32,000 nucleotides of DNA, taken from Candidatus Brocadia sp. Lineage in GTDB: Bacteria > Planctomycetota > Brocadiia > Brocadiales > Brocadiaceae. A program made the translations under genes and the position numbers. Where the stretch lies: contig CP091279.1 of assembly GCA_021650915.1 (NCBI GenBank), positions 2,850,001 through 2,882,000 on the forward strand, given 5' to 3'. A model generated the notes under the pieces. That model ran no database searches. It saw only the letters and a list, made by a program, of their open reading frames with translations, and had not been told where the DNA came from. How positions within the stretch are numbered: position 1 is the first letter of the stretch; each line of letters opens with the position of its first letter. Positions 9,138-16,745 of the stretch are shown here, one piece after another.

Positions 9138-10265
9138 ATGACCCACGCATATACACCAGGTTTACGCATTGCTGAAAGGACAAAGGTTACGAGCCATCGG
9201 GTACTGCCCTTAATGGGTGACGTTGTCGTCAAAAAGGGCGATATCCTCAAGGCAGAGGATGTGGTGGCCAGGACCCATTTGCCTGGCAAGGTGCATGCCA
9301 TGAATGCCGTGAACCGGTTAGGGATCCAGCCCAAGGACCTCAGGGAATATATGCTGAAGAAGGAAGGTGACACCGTTCAGAAGGACGAAATTATTGCCGA
9401 AACGAAACCCTGGGTCAAGATGTTAAAGACGGTACTGCTGTCACCCATCACGGGGACGATTGAGACGATATCAACGGTAACGGGGCAGATCCTCCTGAGA
9501 GAACCGCCAAAACCTATTCAGGTGTCTGCATATATTGACGGTACGGTGATAGAAATTGTGGAAAAAGAGGGTGTGGTCATGGAGACAACCGCAACCCTCA
9601 TTCAGGGGATCTTTGGGGTGGGCGGCGAAGCGGTGGGCGAGCTCGTAATTGCTGTCAATACGCCCGAAGACACGCTTACTGCCGACCGCATAGTACCTGC
9701 CCATAAGGACAAGATTGTCGTGGGAGGCGCCTTTCTCCGTTATGATGCCATTGAGAAGGCAAGAAAGGTTGGCGTCAAGGGGGTCATTGTCGGCGGATTT
9801 AATGATGAGGATCTGAAAAAACTGCTTGGGTATGACCTGGGAGTAGCGATCACCGGGTCGGAAGAGATCGGCCTCACCCTTATCTTAACGGAAGGTTTTG
9901 GGCAGATACCGATAGCGCAAAAAACATTCGATCTGTTACAGTCACGCTCAGGCGCTAAAACTTCCATCAATGGCGCCACCCAGATTCGGGCGGGGGTGGT
10001 AAGGCCTGAGATTATCATTCCCTATGAAACCAGTAAGTCGGGTGGGACAGAAACAGGTAAGCCAGCCGAAAGAGGCATGGAGACCGGAGACACCGTCAGG
10101 GTTATCCGCGTGCCCTATTTTGGAAAGATTGGCAGGATTAAGGCACTCCCCTTTTCCCCGCAAACCATAGAAACGGAGGCCACCGTGCGGATACTCGAGA
10201 TCGGATTTTCCGATGGCTCCACCGTCATGGTACCACGGGCAAATGTCGAGATGATTGAGCGATAA
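9138..10265 (+). CDS. Conserved hypothetical protein; barrel-sandwich (lipoyl/biotinyl-like) motifs at the N-terminus and a KOW-like motif near the C-terminus
   Basis: ORF track, 375 aa. Motifs are GDVVVKKGDILKAEDVVA and KKEGDTVQKDEIIAE (hybrid-motif-like) and GDTVRVIRVPYFGKIGRIKAL (KOW-like). Domain calls come from motif resemblance only. Confidence 0.6.
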   Translation: MTHAYTPGLRIAERTKVTSHRVLPLMGDVVVKKGDILKAEDVVARTHLPGKVHAMNAVNRLGIQPKDLREYMLKKEGDTVQKDEIIAETKPWVKMLKTVLLSPITGTIETISTVTGQILLREPPKPIQVSAYIDGTVIEIVEKEGVVMETTATLIQGIFGVGGEAVGELVIAVNTPEDTLTADRIVPAHKDKIVVGGAFLRYDAIEKARKVGVKGVIVGGFNDEDLKKLLGYDLGVAITGSEEIGLTLILTEGFGQIPIAQKTFDLLQSRSGAKTSINGATQIRAGVVRPEIIIPYETSKSGGTETGKPAERGMETGDTVRVIRVPYFGKIGRIKALPFSPQTIETEATVRILEIGFSDGSTVMVPRANVEMIER

Positions 10266-10267
10266 AC

Positions 10268-10309
10268 GATGGAGGTGTGACCCGGACGCACCTCCATCGC
10301 CACTTTTTT
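10268..10309 (+). terminator. Rho-independent terminator after the 375-aa gene
   Basis: GATGGAGGTG-(11-nt loop)-CACCTCCATC forms a 10-bp stem. It is followed by gccac and TTTTTT (10304..10309), starting 3 nt after the stop codon. Confidence 0.6.
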
Positions 10310-10310
10310 G

Positions 10311-10463
10311 TCATGCCTTTTTAGTTCCCCGCAACGAATCGTCCCATATGTCCCGCTTTAGGGCATCAAGGGTGGTCTTTACGGCAATCTTTTTGTCGTC
10401 GTTGTTTCCCCTGAGGATAGATATCAGCTTATTAATATACTTTTGTTCTTCCGGCGTGTACAT
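10311..10463 (-). CDS. Small hypothetical protein (50 aa)
   Basis: Below the track size cutoff. Hand translation gives MYTPEEQKYINKLISILRGNNDDKKIAVKTTLDALKRDIWDDSLRGTKKA. AGAGGAGGG lies about 11 nt upstream of the ATG. Composition is helical and charged. The antisense track ORF 10255..10494 looks non-coding. Confidence 0.4.
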   Translation of the reverse strand: MYTPEEQKYINKLISILRGNNDDKKIAVKTTLDALKRDIWDDSLRGTKKA

Positions 10464-10571
10464 TGGACTATTGCCCTCCTCTTTCGTTGTGTAAATGATT
10501 CATTATTACAAAATTAGTAACAATTTATACTCAAAAGGTTCACAATCAGTGAATATTTAGATTGATAAACA

Positions 10572-10738
10572 GGGTGGTACGGACAAACCCTGTTTGTCCG
10601 TGTTGAACTTGCACGACGTTGTTTATGAAATGTCCATTTTAAAATCTGGATAGACAAACCAAGCCTGATCATTGCAAGCACAAGGTATTGAGCAGTATTA
10701 CAAAAACACGGACAAGCACAGCTTGTCCGTGCCACCCC
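10572..10738. repeat. MITE-like element: two ACGGACAA hairpins forming ~32-nt terminal inverted repeats around a ~105-bp core
   Basis: Left end GGGTGGTACGGACAAAC-cct-GTTTGTCCGTG (hairpin 10579..10601). Right end CACGGACAAGC-aca-GCTTGTCCGTGCCACCCC (hairpin 10707..10731). The reverse complement of the right end matches the left end at roughly 27 of 32 positions. Confidence 0.6.
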
Positions 10739-10841
10739 TTTAGATAATGGTAAGTCTATATCAAGTTTATAAATCACAAATTGTGAGCCTGTGGAGTATA
10801 GTTTTTTGAAAAATTACCATAATACGATGTTGCCGCACGGT

Positions 10842-10915
10842 GTAGGGGCGAAGCATTTGCCATACACTGACATAAAGGTATTCACACCCCAAGCAGGCAA
10901 ATGCTTCGCCCTTAC
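10842..10915. repeat. Long hairpin repeat of the GTAGGGGC...GCCC(C/T)TAC family
   Basis: GTAGGGGCGAAGCATTTGCC, a 34-nt loop, then GGCAAATGCTTCGCCCTTAC. The 20-nt arms have a single mismatch. Confidence 0.75.
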
Positions 10916-11051
10916 CTTTTCAAAAAACTAAAGTGTTACCAAAATTATTATTCATTTTTGTTTTTCACTGGCAAGATTGCAGTTCGTGCGGTAACTGATT
11001 GATTGCCAATTGGCCACTGTAAATCCCCGGATACCCGTAGGATTCAGACCG

Positions 11052-12965
11052 TCATGAACCGGGCGACTCAGATGTTGCCAGCCCTCTTTTCCCTGCCAAA
11101 TAAGTATACCATTTATGAATCGAGTCGAAAAGAGCAATGACGGCAAGCATTGCCATAATGACAATGATGGCCGCATCGAGTTGAAAGACGAAGGCGTTTT
11201 CCGGTGCAGATGATGCCTTTTCGAGAAAATCGCGGAAGAGCTTGTAGGACGCCACAAAGGTTGTCACGAACATAAATACCATGGGCAGAAAGGTCATCCA
11301 TGCGTATTTGAGTTTCTTCATCTTGATAATAATCGTTGTGCCTACACAAAAGGCAATCGCCGCTAAAAGCTGATTTGCAACGCCAAACATCGGCCAAATG
11401 GTTGAAATGCTTCCCGAAGAGATGAGGTAACCCCATGAGCCAACCACGAGAAGGCTGGATACGATCGTTCCGGGAAGCCAGCTTGTCTTCCCGAAAGGTT
11501 TGTATACATAACCGCCTAATTCCTGCAGGATAAACCGGGCCACCCTCGTCCCCGTATCAACGGTGGTGAGAATAAAGAGCGCTTCAAACATAAGCGCAAA
11601 ATTATACCAGTAAGGCATGAGTAATTTCATGCCGGGCAGGCTTGAGAAGAGTGAAGCCATGCCGACTGCCAGGGAAACCGCGCCGCCGGGTCTTCCCGCG
11701 ACGTCGGTACCGACGTCTTCAGAGAGTTGAAAGATTTGGCTTACCGGAAAACCCAATTCTGCCAGGGCATTAAACGAAAGGTTCGTATTAATTGCAAAGT
11801 AGTCGCCCGGCGCCAGTATCGTTGCCGCGATAACTGCAATTACAGAGACAAAGCCCTCTACGAGCATAGCGCCAAAACCGATCAGCTTTATCTCCGACTC
11901 AGATTCAATCATTTTGGATGTGGTGCCTGACGAAACGAGGGCATGGAATCCCGATATCGCTCCGCACGCAATGGTAATAAACAGAAAGGGGAATAAGGTG
12001 CCTGGTATTATCGGGCCGCCGCCGTGAATAAATTTTGTAACGGCAGGCATGTGAATGGAAGGCGCCAGAAATATCACCCCGAGGGCAAGGAGGGCAATCG
12101 TACCAATCTTCATATAGGTAGAAAGATAGTCCCTGGGACAGAGGAGCATCCACACGGGAAGAACCGATGCGCTAAACCCATAAAAGACCATAAGACCGAC
12201 AATGAGCTTCCTGTCCAGGTTGAAATAGGGTTCTAAAGGAGACCCGGGGATATATTTGCCAAAAAAAACCGCTAAGACAAGGAGTGCCACCCCGATTATG
12301 CTGACCTCCGCCACCTTTCCATACCTGATTTTATACAGGTACAGCCCCATAAACAGCGCTATGGGTATCGTTGCCGCTATCGTAAAGGCGCCCCAGGCGC
12401 TGTGGGAAAGGGCGTTGACAACGGCAAGCCCCAGTCCGGCCAGGGCGACAATAATAATAAAGAGGATTGCTATTGCCGCGGTGACACCGGCAACCGGGCC
12501 AACCTCATCTCTTGCAATCTGCGCCAGTGATCTGCCATTTCTCCTGACGGACGCTGCAAGAATGACGGTGTCGTGGACGGCGCCGCCTGCGGACGCCCCA
12601 ATCAGGATCCACAAAAAACCCGGTAAATAGCCGAATTGAGCCGCAAGGACCGGACCTATCAAAGGCCCTGCCCCGGCAATTGCAGCAAAGTGATGGCCAA
12701 AGAGCACCCACTTATGAGTAGGATGATAGTCCCGTCCGTCACGCAAACGGAGAGAAGGCGGCACCCTGTCCTTGTCGAGACTCAGCACCTTTGTTGCAAG
12801 AAATGCAGCGTAGAAACGGTAGGATATGATAAAGCAGCAGACGGCGGCAATCACGAGCCAGAGTGCATTGACCTTTTCAGAAGGCCGGAATGCCTGGGTA
12901 ACCACCCCCATCGCACACGCACCCGCAACAGCGAGTATGACAAGCAGAATCGTGGATATTTTCAT
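11052..12965 (-). CDS. cstA: Carbon starvation protein CstA (peptide/pyruvate transporter family)
   Basis: ORF track 11052..12983; the probable start is the ATG at 12965 (MKISTILLV). Diagnostic N-terminal block YRFYAAFLATKVL...HKWVLFGHHFAAIAGAGPLIGPVLAAQFGYLPG. Polytopic membrane protein of about 637 aa. Confidence 0.88.
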   Translation of the reverse strand: MKISTILLVILAVAGACAMGVVTQAFRPSEKVNALWLVIAAVCCFIISYRFYAAFLATKVLSLDKDRVPPSLRLRDGRDYHPTHKWVLFGHHFAAIAGAGPLIGPVLAAQFGYLPGFLWILIGASAGGAVHDTVILAASVRRNGRSLAQIARDEVGPVAGVTAAIAILFIIIVALAGLGLAVVNALSHSAWGAFTIAATIPIALFMGLYLYKIRYGKVAEVSIIGVALLVLAVFFGKYIPGSPLEPYFNLDRKLIVGLMVFYGFSASVLPVWMLLCPRDYLSTYMKIGTIALLALGVIFLAPSIHMPAVTKFIHGGGPIIPGTLFPFLFITIACGAISGFHALVSSGTTSKMIESESEIKLIGFGAMLVEGFVSVIAVIAATILAPGDYFAINTNLSFNALAELGFPVSQIFQLSEDVGTDVAGRPGGAVSLAVGMASLFSSLPGMKLLMPYWYNFALMFEALFILTTVDTGTRVARFILQELGGYVYKPFGKTSWLPGTIVSSLLVVGSWGYLISSGSISTIWPMFGVANQLLAAIAFCVGTTIIIKMKKLKYAWMTFLPMVFMFVTTFVASYKLFRDFLEKASSAPENAFVFQLDAAIIVIMAMLAVIALFDSIHKWYTYLAGKRGLATSESPGS

Positions 12966-12995
12966 AACGCAGCGCCGCCGCAATCAAAAAAGTTC

Positions 12996-13040
12996 AACCA
13001 CAAAGAACGCAAGGTTTTACGCAAAGATCACAAAGAAAAC
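12996..13040. repeat. Solo copy of the GCAAAG-type repeat in the cstA upstream region
   Basis: CAACCACAAAGAACGCAAGGTTTTACGCAAAGATCACAAAGAAAAC resembles the left repeat at 6255..6283 (CACCGCAAAGACGCAAAGG). No inverted partner lies nearby. Confidence 0.45.
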
Positions 13041-13209
13041 ATTGCAGAAAAAAGAAGTTTTTGTAGAGTAATACTATAATAGAAACGATTTGTTCATGCG
13101 TAATTATTGGGTGGTGCGTTTATCGTGAAGGCTCGCCGCACAAAAGAGGACGTGCCGGACAGTTTTCAGCATGACGATACCACCACAGGCTGAAGATGAT
13201 GATTCAGAA

Positions 13210-13869
13210 TTAATTGCTGATGATTCTCGCTTTTGCGCGACGATGCTTAACATATTCAACGACTGCCGGCGCCAGGGAAATGATGATAATAGCAAGGATC
13301 ATAAAACTAAAATTTTTTTTAATTATGGGCAAATTGCCCAGGAAATACCCCATGAAGGCAAAGAGCGGCACCCAAAAAAACGCACCGAGGACGTTATACG
13401 AAGCAAAGCGTAAATAAGCCATGCGGCCGATACCGGCAACAAACGGTGCAAAGGTGCGGATAATAGGGATAAACCGGGCAATGATAATCGTTTTGCCTCC
13501 GTACTTTTCAAAGAACCGATACGTTCGTTCAAGATACTCAGGATTAAAAAATGCTGATTTATGCTTCCTGAATATTTTCGGGCCGATATGATAACCAAAC
13601 CAATAGTTTGCCGTATCGCCAAGGATTGCTGCAATAACCAAAAGTACCACCACGGTGTATACATTCAAGGCGCCCGTAGCAGCAACTGCGCCGGCGGCAA
13701 AGAGCAAAGAATCGCCCGGCAGAAAAGGCGTGGCGACGAACCCCGTTTCTGCGAAGACAATCAAAAACAGGAAAAGATGCACCCAGATGCCATAGGCGCT
13801 TACCAATTCGTATAAGTGGCTGTCCAAATGCAAAACGAAGCCGATGAAATATTTTCCCCATTCGACCAT
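13210..13869 (-). CDS. dedA: DedA/VTT-domain family inner-membrane protein
   Basis: ORF track, 219 aa. AAGGAG lies 6 nt upstream. Motifs FAETGFVATPFLPGDSLLFAAG and GKTIIIARFIPIIRTFAPFVAG are typical of DedA proteins. Confidence 0.85.
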   Translation of the reverse strand: MVEWGKYFIGFVLHLDSHLYELVSAYGIWVHLFLFLIVFAETGFVATPFLPGDSLLFAAGAVAATGALNVYTVVVLLVIAAILGDTANYWFGYHIGPKIFRKHKSAFFNPEYLERTYRFFEKYGGKTIIIARFIPIIRTFAPFVAGIGRMAYLRFASYNVLGAFFWVPLFAFMGYFLGNLPIIKKNFSFMILAIIIISLAPAVVEYVKHRRAKARIISN

Positions 13870-14172
13870 GCGCTCTCCTTTCTCAGATCAAAAGCGATAT
13901 ATAATACCAGGAATCGGACAGACATTTTAGTAAATAATTTTATTGAATCAAGAAAATCCTTTTCCAAAAAGACAAATTGAACCAATTTTCATGCCTGATA
14001 AAGCAGGAGATTCTTCCTGCCTTGTGAGGAAAAGAGAGAAGAAAAAACTTGACATCATCCTGGAACGGGGCTTTTTTGTGCGGAGACTATAGTTTTGTTT
14101 TTTTGGTATTTTTATGATTTAATATACCGCATAAAACACAGGTACTTTTCGTTATTTTGGAGGAATAGAATC

Positions 14173-14340
14173 ATGGATATCCTAAAACAGGTGGCAGAGC
14201 TGAAGGAGTTTTTGGGGAAGATTTATTGTTTTATTGAGGACAATGAAGACTCGTTCAAAGACGGCGTTGAGGCGGAAGATATAAAGAGCGAGACCTGGAG
14301 ATGGATGCAGGAACTGGCCAAATTCCTGCCGGAGGTATAA
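14173..14340 (+). CDS. Small acidic hypothetical protein (55 aa)
   Basis: The track ORF 14095..14340 contains it. The ATG at 14173 is preceded by GGAGG 8 nt upstream. Sequence is MDILKQVAELKEFLGKIYCFIEDNEDSFKDGVEAEDIKSETWRWMQELAKFLPEV. Confidence 0.45.
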   Translation: MDILKQVAELKEFLGKIYCFIEDNEDSFKDGVEAEDIKSETWRWMQELAKFLPEV

Positions 14341-14360
14341 AGGGAAAATCGGTAACAAGA

Positions 14361-14480
14361 GTAAACGCAAAAGGAACATTGTCGTTGCGAGGGCGTGAGC
14401 CCGAAGCAATCTGACGGGTGGGATTGCTTCACTGTCGATCGCAATGGCTATCCCGTGTCGGCTTAGTTTGCGGCGTTTAC
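14361..14480. repeat. Structured ~120-bp element with 8-nt terminal inverted repeats and nested hairpins
   Basis: GTAAACGC (14361..14368) pairs with GCGTTTAC (14473..14480). Inner arms are CATTGTCGTTGCGA and TCGATCGCAATG. The core hairpin is GAAGCAATC-(10 nt)-GATTGCTTC (14403..14430). It resembles the widespread repeat type that reads as ...RGREPEAI... when translated. Confidence 0.55.
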
Positions 14481-14533
14481 TAACGATTGTTTTTGAAAAG
14501 CTGAGTACTATTTTCAGAAGGGATACGTAATCT

Positions 14534-16219
14534 ATGACGCGACCGATGTTTTATGAATTCAGACCGCAGGTCCCTATCACGGCGCCAAGGGGAACCACCC
14601 GTACGTGCAGCGACTGGGATACCGAAGCAGCCCTGCGGATGTTGATGAATAATCTTGATTCAGACGTGGCCATCCAGCCCGAAGAACTCATCGTTTATGG
14701 GGGCGCAGGCCGTGCGGCAAGAAACTGGAAGGAATATCAGAGGATAGTAAATGCCCTGAAAACCCTGAAAAAAGACGAGACGCTATGCATTCAGTCAGGC
14801 AAACCGGTGTATGTTGCCAAAACCCATGAATGGGCGCCGCGCGTGGTTATTGCGAACTCAAACCTCGTCCCTGCATGGGCAAAACAGGATGTATTCGACA
14901 CCTATGATGAGATGGGGCTTACCATGTACGGACAGATGACCGCAGGAAGCTGGATCTATATCGGCACACAGGGCGTCTTGCAAGGGACGTACGAGACCTT
15001 TACCGCCCTTGCCAGAAAGGCATTCAATGCCGAAACCCTGAAAGGCAAGTTCGTGCTTACGGCGGGGATGGGAGGCATGAGCAGCGCACAGCCACTGGCA
15101 GTGACCATGAATGAAGGAATAGTTCTGTGTGTAGAGGTGCGGAAAGAACGCATAGAGAAAAAGGTCAGCGAGGGATATTGTGATAAGATGACCAGCAGTC
15201 TCGACGAGGCGCTCCAATGGATTATGGATGCCAAATCCCAGCAACGACCGCTGTCGGTTGGTTTGGTGGGAAATGCCGCGGAAATCCACCCGGAACTGGT
15301 AAAACGGGACATTATCCCCGATGTGGTAACGGATCAAACCCCCGCTCATGACCTGATGTCGTATGTGCCAATGGGTGATGTGAAGGAACTCGACAAACTC
15401 AGGGAGAGGAATAAGCGGGCTTACAAGGAAAAGGTGCTGGATGCCATTATCGATCAGGCGAATGCTATCCTGGACATGCAGAGGAAGGGGGCGGTGTGCT
15501 TTGATTACGGCAATAATCTGAGATCTCAGGCAGAGATGGCGGGCGTGTCCATGAGGGACTCTGACGGGCGATACTGGTATCCGGGCTTTGTCCCTGCATT
15601 TATCCGGCCTTTGTTTTGTCAGGGAAAAGGGCCGTTCAGGTGGGTGGCATTGTCGGGTGACAAGGCGGATATTGATACGATTGATGAGGCGGTTGTCAGC
15701 AACTTCCCTGAAGACGCTTCCCTGGTACGATGGATAAAACTCGCCAGAGAGAAGGTGCCGCTGTTAGGGCTGCCCGCAAGGATTTGCTGGTTAGGGTGCG
15801 GGGATCGTGCGAAGATGGGTCTGATCATCAACGACCTGGTGAGAAAAGGCGCCGTTAAGGCGCCCGTAGTCATTGGCAGGGATCACCTCGACTGCGGGTC
15901 GGTGGCATCCCCGTATCGCGAGACGGAAGATATGAAAGACGGCAGCGATGCCGTTGCCGACTGGCCGTTGATAAATTTTGCCCTGAATGCCATAAATGGC
16001 GCCAGTTGGGTAAGCTTTCATCATGGAGGTGGCGTGGGTATTGGCAATTCCCTTCATGCGGGTATGGTTATTGTGGCAGATGGTACCAAAGAGAGAGATG
16101 AGCGGATCGAAAGGGTCTTAACGGTAGACCCTGGAATTGGAATTGCGCGGCACGTGGATGCCGGTTATGAAGAGGCTATGCAGGTAGCAAAGGAAAAGGA
16201 TGTAATAATCCCTGAATAA
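14534..16219 (+). CDS. hutU: Urocanate hydratase (urocanase)
   Basis: ORF track, 561 aa. Family-typical blocks [45 protein letters not shown] and QGTYETF. Confidence 0.88.
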   Translation: MTRPMFYEFRPQVPITAPRGTTRTCSDWDTEAALRMLMNNLDSDVAIQPEELIVYGGAGRAARNWKEYQRIVNALKTLKKDETLCIQSGKPVYVAKTHEWAPRVVIANSNLVPAWAKQDVFDTYDEMGLTMYGQMTAGSWIYIGTQGVLQGTYETFTALARKAFNAETLKGKFVLTAGMGGMSSAQPLAVTMNEGIVLCVEVRKERIEKKVSEGYCDKMTSSLDEALQWIMDAKSQQRPLSVGLVGNAAEIHPELVKRDIIPDVVTDQTPAHDLMSYVPMGDVKELDKLRERNKRAYKEKVLDAIIDQANAILDMQRKGAVCFDYGNNLRSQAEMAGVSMRDSDGRYWYPGFVPAFIRPLFCQGKGPFRWVALSGDKADIDTIDEAVVSNFPEDASLVRWIKLAREKVPLLGLPARICWLGCGDRAKMGLIINDLVRKGAVKAPVVIGRDHLDCGSVASPYRETEDMKDGSDAVADWPLINFALNAINGASWVSFHHGGGVGIGNSLHAGMVIVADGTKERDERIERVLTVDPGIGIARHVDAGYEEAMQVAKEKDVIIPE

Positions 16220-16248
16220 ATTTTGAAATTTTTACGGAGGGTTCTCAT

Positions 16249-16578
16249 ATGTCAGAACTAGCTTCTAAAAAATGTGTACCATGTAAAGGTGGAGTACCGC
16301 CCTTAAAAGGGGAGGCGCTTCAAGCCTTGCAGAAGCAAGTGGAAGGATGGGATGTGGTGGAAGAACACCACTTGTTCAAGGCCTTTAAATTTCCTGACTT
16401 TCGTAAGGCACTTGACTTTGTGAATCGGGTAGGAGAGATTGCCGAACAGGAAGGACACCATCCCGTAATCACCCTAACCTGGGGAAAAGTAGAGATCAAG
16501 GTTTATACCCACAAGATTAATGGGCTGACGGAAAGCGATTTTATCCTGGCGGCAAAGATTGACACAATTAGTAAGTAA
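16249..16578 (+). CDS. phhB: Pterin-4-alpha-carbinolamine dehydratase (PCD/DCoH family)
   Basis: ORF track, 109 aa. GGAGGG lies 8 nt upstream. Motif GEIAEQEGHHPVITLTWGKVEIKVYTH matches the conserved HHP core of PCD. Confidence 0.85.
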   Translation: MSELASKKCVPCKGGVPPLKGEALQALQKQVEGWDVVEEHHLFKAFKFPDFRKALDFVNRVGEIAEQEGHHPVITLTWGKVEIKVYTHKINGLTESDFILAAKIDTISK

Positions 16579-16745
16579 TTCCCCCCCAGCGCTTCTTTGT
16601 CTTCCCTTTCAGCAACGCGATCTGACTCGGGAGAGAAAAGGCGTGCCTTGAAGTATGGGATACCTAAGTGGTTGAAAATATCACCTCTGCGAGCCTAGAT
16701 CCTCGTAGAGAAGTTTGTACCTATGCGTATACAAAGGAGCAATCC

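Noticed and set aside
10514-10777. 87-aa minus-strand ORF
   Set aside because: It is built across the palindromic hairpins of the MITE-like element. The reading frame is a by-product of the repeats.
9064-10915. Possible CRISPR array, given the repeated palindromes
   Set aside because: The repeats differ in sequence and length and are irregularly spaced. No cas genes are nearby. They are REP- or MITE-like, not CRISPR.
12256-13079. 124-aa and 147-aa plus-strand ORFs
   Set aside because: Both are antisense to cstA, with the second running into its upstream repeat. Their low-complexity Arg/Pro/Ala-rich translations look non-coding.
14049-14054. Consensus TTGACA upstream of the 55-aa ORF
   Set aside because: No acceptable -10 hexamer lies 16-19 nt downstream. 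The nearest TATAGT is about 33 nt away.
14858-15349. 163-aa minus-strand ORF
   Set aside because: It is antisense to hutU and has no independent support.
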